Below, in pieces: positions 1 to 9,073 of a stretch of 32,000 nt of DNA. The DNA lies in assembly GCF_023169545.1 (NCBI RefSeq), contig NZ_AP019769.1:210001-242000 (forward strand), read 5' to 3'. Under the pieces are notes generated by a model. That model had not been told where the DNA came from. It searched no databases and worked only from the letters and a program-made list of their open reading frames with translations. Origin of the DNA: Nanobdella aerobiophila (GTDB lineage: Archaea > Nanobdellota > Nanobdellia > Nanobdellales > Nanobdellaceae). Both the position numbers and the translations under genes were made by a program. Numbering within the stretch: position 1 is the stretch's first letter; every line of letters starts with the position of its first letter.

Positions 1-554
1 TTGGACATTTCCATAAAAGTCATCTCGAGGTTCATGATGATATTATATTCTCATTGCCAGGTTCTACTGAGAGAACCTCTTTATCTAAAGATGAAGAAAA
101 TATAAAGAAAGGATTTTATTACTATAGCGATAATATTGATTTTATTGAAGTTAATTCTAGACCTATATACATATATGAAGATATAATAAATAATGAAGAG
201 GATTTAAATAGATTAAAAGATTATATTGGTAAAAGATCTAAAGAAACCTTGATTAAATTAAAGTTAAAATATAATAAAGATTTATATATAAGTATTAAAA
301 ATTATATAGATAAATTGATTTCATCCGGATATTATATAATTGATGATCTATATTCTATGAATCAAGAATATAATATCATAAAAGATGAGAGTAATATAAA
401 TGACTTATTTGATAATAATATATTTGTTAACAATAAAGAAGAATTATTGGAGTTATTTAATAATATAAAAAGTACATTTGAAGAATTTTATTCTAATAAA
501 AGTAGCGATATAGATCGAATAAGAGATATATTATATAAAAATTTAATAAAATGA
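1..554 (+). CDS. mre11: Mre11 nuclease, C-terminal part (5' end outside window)
   Basis: The frame is open to the window edge and reads GHFHKSHLEVHDDILYSLPGSTERTS..., matching the Mre11 phosphoesterase GHxH motif and the PGSTERTS motif. Its stop overlaps the rad50 start (ATGA, 551-554). The ORF track only begins at an internal TTG (54). Confidence 0.88.
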   Translation, partial: GHFHKSHLEVHDDIIFSLPGSTERTSLSKDEENIKKGFYYYSDNIDFIEVNSRPIYIYEDIINNEEDLNRLKDYIGKRSKETLIKLKLKYNKDLYISIKNYIDKLISSGYYIIDDLYSMNQEYNIIKDESNINDLFDNNIFVNNKEELLELFNNIKSTFEEFYSNKSSDIDRIRDILYKNLIK

Positions 555-2809
555 TAATAAAAAGTTTAAATTTAGAGAATTTTAAGTACCATAAAAGTTT
601 AAATATCGGATTAGAGGAAAAAAATATTATTATAGGTGAAAATGGAGTTGGCAAAAGTTCTATATTTCATTCAATATTGTTTGCTTTGTTTGGTAGAGAT
701 TCGTTGTCATATATAGGCGCTAGTAGTATTCAATCAATGATTAGATATGGTAGTTCTTCTACCAAGGTAGAGTTAGAATTGCAAGATAATAATAATTTAT
801 ATAAAATTGTTAGAATTATAAATAATACAGGAGATTCAAAGGCAGTATTATACCTAAATGATCATATTATAGTATCTAGTCCTGATTTAGTAAATAAAAA
901 AATAAAGGAAATATTAAATATAAATAGAATTGAAAAATTTGCCGATATAGTATATATAAAACAAGGAGATCTAGGTAGATATATTAATTTATCTGGAAAG
1001 ATTGAATTAACAAAAAAACTAGAAAATATATTTGATATAGAATATTATTCAAATATTTTAAGGGTCATAGAAGGTTTGGTAAGAGATCTAGAAAGGCAGA
1101 AAGAATACAATGAAAATCAAAGGGCTGAATTATATAAAGATATAGAGACCTATAGAAATTTATACGGAGATAGGGATATTAATGAGCTTATATTGGAATT
1201 AGACAAATATAATAATTTAAAGAAAATAAGGGATGAATTATACAAAGATTATTTAGAAGTAAAAACTTTGGAAAATACAATAAATTATGATTTAATATCT
1301 CAAGAAGGATATCTAAAAAATAAGTTATTACAATTAGAGGAAGAGGAAAAAAATTTGAATGAAAATATAATTAATTTAGAATCCGAAAGAAGGTCTTTGA
1401 AATATGAGCGTTATTCTAAAGAATTATTAGATAAGTCTATTGAATATATAAATAAGAGATTAGAAGAATTAAAGGAGTACAAAGATATCAATAAGAAGGA
1501 TATAGAGTATAATATAAGGGAAAATAAAGATTTATATAATGATATTGTAAAATATATAAATTCTCTAGATGTAGAAGATAGATATAAAAAATTAGAGGAA
1601 AAGAAAAAGGATATAGAAGAAAAAATACTGATATTAAAACAAAGTATAAAGGAAGATCAAGAATATTTAGATATATTAAATAAGGAAATTACAGATTGTC
1701 CAGTTTGTAAAAGACCTTTGGAAAAAGACCTTCATAAGCAATTGGTAGAAAGATATAATATTGAATTAGATAATAATAAGAGGGAGTTAAGCAAATTATT
1801 GAAGGATAAAGAAGATATAGATAACCTATATAATAATATATATAATGAATATAAGAATTTTGTGTATTTAAAAGAAAGATTAAAATCAAAAAATATAGAC
1901 ATAGATAATATAGAAAATGAAAAAATGAAAATAGACTCAAAAATTAATCAATTAAATCAGGAACTAAATAAAATCGAGGAATATAATATATTAAATGATA
2001 CTATCAACTATATAAAGTCTTATGAGATATCAAAAGCTTTAGAGAATTTAAAGAAAGATTATAACAATATCAAAGACGAAATATCATTAGTGAGGAAAGA
2101 TATTGTAAATATTGAAAATATGAAAAAAAATCTAGAAAAAATAAAAAATATATATAAAAAAAATAATTATTCTTCATTAAAAGATTTTGAGGAAAAATTA
2201 AATGATATAGATAATGAACTAAGAATTTATCAAAATATAAAACCAGAATTAATAAAAAACTATAAGAATAAATTAGATAGCTATAATATTATATTAGAAA
2301 ATAATAAGAAAATATCAAAGAATATAAATAATTTACGATCATTATATAACATTATATTGAAGTTTATAGAAAATAGAAGGGAAAAGGTTGCATTAAATTT
2401 ATCAAATGCGTTTCGATATTATTTTAAAAAATTGTATAGATATAATGATATTGTTGATGTTGGTATTGAGATTAAGGAAGGGAAAAATAAGGATGAAAGG
2501 ATATTTACAATATATATAATAAAAAATATAGATAACAAGGAATTAAAAAAACCTGTAGAAGATGCTGGTTTAAGTGGTGGGCAAACAAAATTATTAGATT
2601 TATCTATTAGATTAGCCATCTCTTCTTTATTAGATATTAGAACTTCATTTATATTATTAGATGAACCTACAGAATCTTTGGATGAAAATGTCAGATTATC
2701 TTTAGCAGAGTTATTACAGTTATTAGATGGTTACCAAATTTTATTATGTACTCATGATGATATATTTAAAGATAATATAGAAGGAAAAATTATAGAAATT
2801 AAAAGGTAA
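551..2809 (+). CDS. rad50: Rad50 SMC-like ATPase
   Basis: N-terminal GENGVGKSSIFHS Walker A, long coiled coil, zinc hook DCPVCKRPL near 1697-1708, C-terminal AGLSGGQTKLLDLSIRLA signature and FILLDEPTESLDE Walker B. Confidence 0.97.
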   Translation: MIIKSLNLENFKYHKSLNIGLEEKNIIIGENGVGKSSIFHSILFALFGRDSLSYIGASSIQSMIRYGSSSTKVELELQDNNNLYKIVRIINNTGDSKAVLYLNDHIIVSSPDLVNKKIKEILNINRIEKFADIVYIKQGDLGRYINLSGKIELTKKLENIFDIEYYSNILRVIEGLVRDLERQKEYNENQRAELYKDIETYRNLYGDRDINELILELDKYNNLKKIRDELYKDYLEVKTLENTINYDLISQEGYLKNKLLQLEEEEKNLNENIINLESERRSLKYERYSKELLDKSIEYINKRLEELKEYKDINKKDIEYNIRENKDLYNDIVKYINSLDVEDRYKKLEEKKKDIEEKILILKQSIKEDQEYLDILNKEITDCPVCKRPLEKDLHKQLVERYNIELDNNKRELSKLLKDKEDIDNLYNNIYNEYKNFVYLKERLKSKNIDIDNIENEKMKIDSKINQLNQELNKIEEYNILNDTINYIKSYEISKALENLKKDYNNIKDEISLVRKDIVNIENMKKNLEKIKNIYKKNNYSSLKDFEEKLNDIDNELRIYQNIKPELIKNYKNKLDSYNIILENNKKISKNINNLRSLYNIILKFIENRREKVALNLSNAFRYYFKKLYRYNDIVDVGIEIKEGKNKDERIFTIYIIKNIDNKELKKPVEDAGLSGGQTKLLDLSIRLAISSLLDIRTSFILLDEPTESLDENVRLSLAELLQLLDGYQILLCTHDDIFKDNIEGKIIEIKR

Positions 2810-3140
2810 TTATGTGATAGCCTTGATCTACTAGTTTATTTAATACTTCGAAGCTGAAGATTTCATCCTTATATATTATATTTTCTTCATCTATGTTATA
2901 TTTTAGACTACAATCTTTGCAAGAGTTTACTTTTATATTTAATTTATTTAGATCTTGAAGATGTCTTGATATTATTAATTTATATTCTTCATTTCTCTTA
3001 TCCAACATCTTTATTCCCTCTAAAGTAAAGCATAATTTTACATCCTCTGCACCACTGCTCTTTAGAGCCTTGGAAAATTCAATTACTTTTTCCAAAGAAT
3101 TTTTATCTTCTTTAGTAAATAATATAACATATTTAGCCAT
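2799..3140 (-). CDS. DsrE/DsrF-like small protein
   Basis: 113 aa: KYVILFTKEDKNSLEKVIEFSKALKSSGAEDVKLCFTLEGIKML..., a DsrE-like fold pattern with cysteines at CKDC. The terminal 11 bp overlap rad50. Confidence 0.6.
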   Translation of the reverse strand: MAKYVILFTKEDKNSLEKVIEFSKALKSSGAEDVKLCFTLEGIKMLDKRNEEYKLIISRHLQDLNKLNIKVNSCKDCSLKYNIDEENIIYKDEIFSFEVLNKLVDQGYHIITF

Positions 3141-3175
3141 ATAAATAATATCTTATGAAATATAATTAAATATTT

Positions 3176-3193
3176 AAGCTTTAAATGAAGCTT
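3176..3193. repeat. Inverted repeat AAGCTT-TAAATG-AAGCTT upstream of ATPase copy 1
   Basis: Read directly: 6-bp arms with a 6-nt spacer between an A/T-rich TATA-like tract and the ATG at 3202. Confidence 0.5.
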
Positions 3194-3201
3194 ATTATTT
3201 T

Positions 3202-5649
3202 ATGAATAATGAAAATTTTGATATTGATGATATTATAAAAGACCTGAGTGTTGATATAAATTCTGGTTTATCTGAAAGCGAAATACAAGAAAGAATTAAA
3301 AAATATGGTTATAATTCAATAGAAGAAAAGAAAGAGAGTAATTTAATTAAATTCTTGAGGAAATTTAAATCTTTTACATCTATAATGTTAGAATTTATTA
3401 CTATATTGTATATTATATTCGGAAAGATAGAAGATGCGATAATAGTTATATCCTTATTGATAATAAATGCAGTAATATCATTTATACATGAGGAAAGAGC
3501 AAATAAAGCATTAGAATTATTAAAAGAGAAATTACAAATACAAGCAAGAGTCTTAAGAGAAGGTAAATGGAAATTAATTGAATCAAAATATTTAGTACCT
3601 GGAGATATTATAAGATTAAGAGCAGGTGATATATCTCCTGCAGATTGCATTATATTATCAAATGATATATTAAATATAGATCAATCAATGTTAACAGGAG
3701 AATCTATTACAGTAGATAAAACAAAAGGTAATATAATATATTCGGGATCAATAATAAAAAGAGGAGAATCTAATTGTATAGTATATAAAACCGGTAAAAA
3801 TACCTATTTTGGGAAAACAATAGAATTAGTTTCTACAGCAAAACCAAAATTACATATAGAAGAGATTACAAGTTCTGTAGTAAAAAATTTATTATTAATA
3901 ACTGGATTTTTTTCGTCAATTGTACTAATAATATCTTTTTTATATTATCATAGTTTATTATATATACTATCAAATATAGTTCCATTAGTTATATCATTAT
4001 TATTATTTGCAGTACCTGTAGCATTACCAGTAATGATAACAGTTACATTATCATTGGGTTCTTTAGAATTAATTAAAAGTAATGTATTAGTAACAAGATT
4101 ATCATCTATAGAAGATGCAGCATCTATGACAACATTATGTTCAGATAAAACAGGTACTCTAACATATAATAAACTAACTGTAACAGATATATATCCATTA
4201 AATAATTATAATATAAATGATGTAATACTATATGGATCATTAGCATCAGAAATATCAAATAATGATCCTATAGATTTAGCATTTATAAATAAATTAAAAG
4301 AATTAAATATAAATAAAGATAATTATAATATATTAGAATTTAAACCATTTGATCCATCTACAAGAAGAACAGAAGCAAAAGTATCTTATAATAATGATGT
4401 ACTTTATGTATCTAAAGGTGCAGTAAATACAATATTTAATGAATTATGTAAAGAAAATGTTCCAGGAGATATCCAAAAAATAATAGATAATTATGCATCT
4501 AAAGGATATAGAACATTAGCAGTAGCAATAAATAATAATAATAATAAATGGATACCAGTAGGTTTAGTAGCATTATATGATATACCTAGAAAGGATACTC
4601 CAGAATTAATTAAAAAATTAAAAGAATTAGGAATTAAAGTAAAGATGTTAACAGGAGATGCATTACCTATAGCAAAAGAAATAGGTAATAGTATAGGATT
4701 AGATCCAAATAAAGTAGTATCTGGAAATGAACTAAGAAATTTATTAAAAGAAAATCCAGGTAAAGTAAGTAATCTAGTAAATAATTCAGAAATATTTGCA
4801 GAAATATATCCAGAGGATAAATATTATATAGTAAAATCATTACAAGATAAAAAAGAAATAGTAGGTATGACAGGAGATGGAGTAAATGATTCTCCATCAT
4901 TAAAGCAAGCAGAAGTAGGTATAGCAGTATATAATGCTACAGATGTAGCTAAATCTGCAGCTTCTGTAGTATTAACTGTTGAAGGTTTACAAGGTATAGT
5001 AGATCTAATTAAAATAGGTAGATCTGTATATCAAAGAATTGTTACTTGGATTTTATTGAAAATAAATAGGGTAATTGAGATATCTTTATTAGTTATGATT
5101 GTATTTATATTTACTGAGATTATATTACATCAACCAATATTATTGGTTTCTTCAGAAGGCGCTATACTATTCTTTTTTTTAAAAGATTTTCCTACTATTG
5201 CTATAGGAACAGATAATGTAAAACCATCACAATATCCAGAGAGCTGGGATATTAGAAAATTGGTATTATATTCAGGTATACTAAGTTTATTTTCATTTAT
5301 GGAGGAATTATTTTTGTTTATATTCTATTATTTTTATTTAGACATTAGAAGCATCGCATATTTGCAATCTTTATTCTTCTTATCAATAATGTATTTTGGG
5401 CTATTAATGTTATTTGTATTTAGAGAATCAGATAGGTTCTATAAGTCGAGACCAAGTAATTTATTATTGATTTCAACAATAATAGATATACTAGCTTCTA
5501 CAATAATTGGAATATTTGGATTCGGTATTATAGAACCAATAAAAATTATTGATATAATATTTATATCTATATACTCATTATTTAGTATATTTGTTATAAA
5601 TGATAGTATAAAGATATTGCTAAATAGGACAAAGATAGCAATAAAATAA
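3202..5649 (+). CDS. Plasma-membrane-type (P3A-like) P-type H+-transporting ATPase, copy 1
   Basis: 815 aa with PVALPVM in M4, CSDKTGTLT phosphorylation motif, MLTGDALPIAKEIG, GMTGDGVNDSPSLKQAEVGIAV. Confidence 0.93.
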   Translation: MNNENFDIDDIIKDLSVDINSGLSESEIQERIKKYGYNSIEEKKESNLIKFLRKFKSFTSIMLEFITILYIIFGKIEDAIIVISLLIINAVISFIHEERANKALELLKEKLQIQARVLREGKWKLIESKYLVPGDIIRLRAGDISPADCIILSNDILNIDQSMLTGESITVDKTKGNIIYSGSIIKRGESNCIVYKTGKNTYFGKTIELVSTAKPKLHIEEITSSVVKNLLLITGFFSSIVLIISFLYYHSLLYILSNIVPLVISLLLFAVPVALPVMITVTLSLGSLELIKSNVLVTRLSSIEDAASMTTLCSDKTGTLTYNKLTVTDIYPLNNYNINDVILYGSLASEISNNDPIDLAFINKLKELNINKDNYNILEFKPFDPSTRRTEAKVSYNNDVLYVSKGAVNTIFNELCKENVPGDIQKIIDNYASKGYRTLAVAINNNNNKWIPVGLVALYDIPRKDTPELIKKLKELGIKVKMLTGDALPIAKEIGNSIGLDPNKVVSGNELRNLLKENPGKVSNLVNNSEIFAEIYPEDKYYIVKSLQDKKEIVGMTGDGVNDSPSLKQAEVGIAVYNATDVAKSAASVVLTVEGLQGIVDLIKIGRSVYQRIVTWILLKINRVIEISLLVMIVFIFTEIILHQPILLVSSEGAILFFFLKDFPTIAIGTDNVKPSQYPESWDIRKLVLYSGILSLFSFMEELFLFIFYYFYLDIRSIAYLQSLFFLSIMYFGLLMLFVFRESDRFYKSRPSNLLLISTIIDILASTIIGIFGFGIIEPIKIIDIIFISIYSLFSIFVINDSIKILLNRTKIAIK

Positions 5650-5682
5650 ATTTTATATTTTTTTAAATATTTATTCTAATAC

Positions 5683-6939
5683 ATGGATATATTTTTTACA
5701 ATGTTATTACTATTTGTTGTAAGTTTAGTCGCTGGAATAATTGGTGCATTAACTGGTCTGGGTGGTGGTACTTTTTTAGTTCCTATATTAAATATATTCT
5801 TATCTTTTCCATTACACTTAGCTATTGGAGACTCTTTAGTGTCTACTATAATTACTTCTATATCCTCTTCCAAAGAATATTTAATAAAAAAGATATCAAA
5901 TCCAAATATTGCTATAAGCTTGCTTACTGCAACTACATTGGGCGCTATTTTTGGATCCTTAACAAATAACTATTTTTATACTCATAATCTATATTTTGTA
6001 ATATATATATCCTTTGGCTTAATATTACTATCTTCTTCTTTATTATTAATTGTAAAAAATTTAAAGACAAAATATCATCCGGATAAACCTGATAAAACAA
6101 CTTTTTTCTTTAATTTATTTGGTAAATATAAAGATGGAAGTAATATAATATATTATGATGGTGTTAGGTGGTATTTTGGTTGGATAATCATGCTATTTGC
6201 AGGTTTTGTATCCGGTTTATTAGGTATAGGTTCTGGTGTTTTAAAAGTTTTGGGTTTAGATTTAATAATGAATCTACCTATTAAGGTAAGTACTACTACA
6301 AGTAATTTTATGATTGGTGTTACGGCAGACAATTCTTCGATTTTATATTTGAAGTTTGGTTATATACCGTTTTTATATTTTCCAATATCAGCATTGGGAG
6401 TTTTATTTGGCGCAATTATTGGTACAAAATTATTATTAAGATTAAATGATAATTATATTAGATCAATATTTATATTATTTGTGTCTTATCTAGGTATAAA
6501 GATGTTATTGGAAGGAATAAATTATAATAATAATATCTTGATATATCTAGTTCCGATATTAATATCCGTCTTTTCTATATTATTGGGAAAAATAAAGAGA
6601 AAGGAAGAATATAAAAATGTAGAGATAGAAGAATATATTAAGGAAAATCAGATAGATACGAAATTTACCAATATATTATATAATATGCAAAAGTATTTTC
6701 TTTATGTAGTAATATTATTATCTATTATCTCTATAATAATAGTTTTTTTATATAATAGTATTATAGTGAAATATAATACTATATTATACTTATTTATTGT
6801 GACATTTCCATTTTTAGAAGTGGTTTTAGAAACAATAAAGTATATAAAAGAAAAAGATAAAAAATATGCAGTAATTGGTTTTATAGTAATAATTAATTTA
6901 ATAATTGGACTAATTTTATTACCTAATCTTATTTTTTAA
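5683..6939 (+). CDS. TauE/SafE-like membrane permease
   Basis: 418 aa multi-TM protein with two similar halves: GALTGLGGGTFLVPILNIFLSFPLHLAIGDSLVST and GFVSGLLGIGSGVLKVLGLDLIMNLPIKVSTTTSNFMIGVTA. Confidence 0.8.
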   Translation: MDIFFTMLLLFVVSLVAGIIGALTGLGGGTFLVPILNIFLSFPLHLAIGDSLVSTIITSISSSKEYLIKKISNPNIAISLLTATTLGAIFGSLTNNYFYTHNLYFVIYISFGLILLSSSLLLIVKNLKTKYHPDKPDKTTFFFNLFGKYKDGSNIIYYDGVRWYFGWIIMLFAGFVSGLLGIGSGVLKVLGLDLIMNLPIKVSTTTSNFMIGVTADNSSILYLKFGYIPFLYFPISALGVLFGAIIGTKLLLRLNDNYIRSIFILFVSYLGIKMLLEGINYNNNILIYLVPILISVFSILLGKIKRKEEYKNVEIEEYIKENQIDTKFTNILYNMQKYFLYVVILLSIISIIIVFLYNSIIVKYNTILYLFIVTFPFLEVVLETIKYIKEKDKKYAVIGFIVIINLIIGLILLPNLIF

Positions 6940-7582
6940 AAAAGTCGTGTATATTTCTTTGTCTTTCTTCTTTTATCTTTTTTACGGTTGACCAAGAGTG
7001 TCTTAAATAATATTTCAATTCATCATAATTATTCCTTATTGATTGAATTGTTCGAGGATCTGATGGGTAGCCAGATCCAAAATCCATATTTAGAGTTTTT
7101 TTTATTTTATCTATTTCTAAATCCCTATTTACCTTTGCAATAATTGAAGCTGCAGAGACTATCGGATACTTTCTATCTGCCTTATTCTCAGCTATTATAT
7201 TTATATCCTTATTTATATTATTCTTTATATATTCTATTACTTTTTTTGTATCGACTAGTGGAGAATCAATTATAACTTTATCTGGATCTATATAATTTAT
7301 TATATTTACCATATTTTCAAATTCTAGATAGTTTAGTCTCCCTTTTTCAACATATTTATCTATTATCTTTTGATCTATTATATTGTATTTATAATTATTT
7401 GTTGGTAAAGATATTATTTGATTATATATCTTTTCTCTTTCTAATCGAGATAATAGCTTAGAATCTTTTACACCAGTATTTTTTAGATCATCAATGTACC
7501 TTTCATCTATAGAATATCCTGCTATAACCATTGGACCAATTACTGGCCCTCTCCCTGCTTCATCAATACCTAATACTATCAT
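6929..7582 (-). CDS. rnhB: Ribonuclease HII
   Basis: MIVLGIDEAGRGPVIGPMVIAG start plus a downstream AENKADRKYPIVSAASIIAKVNRD motif. Confidence 0.96.
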   Translation of the reverse strand: MIVLGIDEAGRGPVIGPMVIAGYSIDERYIDDLKNTGVKDSKLLSRLEREKIYNQIISLPTNNYKYNIIDQKIIDKYVEKGRLNYLEFENMVNIINYIDPDKVIIDSPLVDTKKVIEYIKNNINKDINIIAENKADRKYPIVSAASIIAKVNRDLEIDKIKKTLNMDFGSGYPSDPRTIQSIRNNYDELKYYLRHSWSTVKKIKEERQRNIHDFFKK

Positions 7583-7632
7583 TATAAAAGTTAATCATAA
7601 GGTTTATAAGATATATTAAAATATTATTACTA

Positions 7633-8322
7633 ATGGATGATAACAGATCCTACTTATTATATTTAGATGCCAATATATTAATTAAAGGTTCATCTTTAGA
7701 AAAATTATTAGAAAAATTAGAGAATAATAAAGTAAAGTACAAAGTAGCTATATCTAAGAAATCTATAGAAGAAGCTATTAGGAATATTGATAATAAAGAA
7801 CAAAAGAAAGATTTGTATAATATTTTATACGGATATAAAATACCAAAAGATTTTTATAATAGATATAAACCAAACTATTTAATAGAAGATATAAAGTATA
7901 GAGTTGGCAAGGATGGATATATAATAGATATAAAATATAGAGGAATTAAAAGATATAAGGATAGAAAGATCTCTATTACTGACAAATACTACGGGATTGA
8001 AATAAATTTATATAAAGATTTTCAGTCTGCAACTGTTTTATTTACAGATCTTAGTGATCTTCCACATTTGGATATGGCTTACTATTTTAGTAGAAGTAAA
8101 AATTATATCCCAATTATATTAACTTATGATGGGAGAATTGTAAAAGATAATCCTAAAGTTTTCAGATATATAGTCATAGTTAGTCCTGATAAATTGTATG
8201 AAAATATTAGTCAAGGAAAAAATATAAAACAAATATCAAAATATTTAGAAGAGAAGAAAAAGGATGATTTATATAATAAAATGATAGAAAAACATAAAAA
8301 AAATGGATTCTTTGACTTATAA
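7633..8322 (+). CDS. PIN-like domain protein (putative nuclease)
   Basis: 229 aa: N-terminal LLYLDANILIKGS (DxN as in PIN motif 1, D12/N14), downstream acidic residues (KKSIEEAI) and C-terminal LPHLDMAYYFSR...YIPIILTYDGRI, similar to PIN motifs 3/4. Assignment is motif-based only. Confidence 0.55.
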   Translation: MDDNRSYLLYLDANILIKGSSLEKLLEKLENNKVKYKVAISKKSIEEAIRNIDNKEQKKDLYNILYGYKIPKDFYNRYKPNYLIEDIKYRVGKDGYIIDIKYRGIKRYKDRKISITDKYYGIEINLYKDFQSATVLFTDLSDLPHLDMAYYFSRSKNYIPIILTYDGRIVKDNPKVFRYIVIVSPDKLYENISQGKNIKQISKYLEEKKKDDLYNKMIEKHKKNGFFDL

Positions 8323-9073
8323 AGTATATAGGTTTAATATACCACAATTTAATATAAAAGGAAAACATATACTAGATACTCAAACTCAAGAGCAGATATT
8401 AAAATCTAAAAAATCGATTGCTGAAGAGAAATTAGATGGAAAGCAATTTATAATAAATCTAGATAATATAATATTAATATGTGAAGATCTAAAACAAACT
8501 CATACAATATTTTATAAGAATTTGCCTTCTTATTCATATTGTTTTGATGTCTACGAAAAAGATAAAGGATATTTAGATTATTTGGATAAATATTTATTTT
8601 TGATAGAAAATGGTTATGTTTCTCCCAGATTTGTAAGAGCTGGTCCTTCTACTGTAGAAGAACTAGTACATATCGTATTGAATGGAGAGTCATATTTTAG
8701 AACAGAAATAAATCCTAAGATGAAAAATAAAATAAAAAGCGATTCAGAGATTAGTAGAGGTTTACGATATATAAAACCTGATAGTACAGATTTTATGGAG
8801 GGTGTAGTAGTAAAATTATATGAAGGTGGAAGGTTATATCCTGGAAAAGCTGTAAATCCAGATTTTGAATATTTAATAATTAACTTAGGTAGATATGAAC
8901 AATATGAAAACAAAAATATAGTAGAACCATTTACGAAAGAAGAATTTGAAAGATATCATAGAAATAATTTAAATATATTAAGTGAAATATATAAAGATGA
9001 TAAAAGATTATCAGAAATAAGCAGAATTTTAAAGGACAGGAAAACTTATGCGTCTTATTTATCTAATTTATAG
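8303..9073 (+). CDS. Covalent nucleotidyltransferase / RNA ligase-like protein
   Basis: 256 aa: motif I AEEKLDGKQFII (KxDG, K43), motif III-like SYCFDVYE, motif IV FMEGVVVKLY (E166-K171), and possible motif V around GKAVNPDF (K182). The start overlaps the PIN-like gene by 20 bp. Confidence 0.7.
   Translation: MDSLTYKVYRFNIPQFNIKGKHILDTQTQEQILKSKKSIAEEKLDGKQFIINLDNIILICEDLKQTHTIFYKNLPSYSYCFDVYEKDKGYLDYLDKYLFLIENGYVSPRFVRAGPSTVEELVHIVLNGESYFRTEINPKMKNKIKSDSEISRGLRYIKPDSTDFMEGVVVKLYEGGRLYPGKAVNPDFEYLIINLGRYEQYENKNIVEPFTKEEFERYHRNNLNILSEIYKDDKRLSEISRILKDRKTYASYLSNL

Noticed and set aside
4534-4553. AAT trinucleotide run (poly-Asn) in ATPase copy 1 as a functional microsatellite
   Set aside because: It is short (about five codons), in-frame, and plausible as a simple length variant between paralogs. 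No sign of phase variation.
4667-4900. Minus-strand ORF that is conserved in both ATPase copies (also 16553..16786)
   Set aside because: It is antisense to the most conserved ATPase domain. The conservation follows from the near-identical DNA of the paralogs, and the peptide is low-complexity Leu/Tyr-rich.
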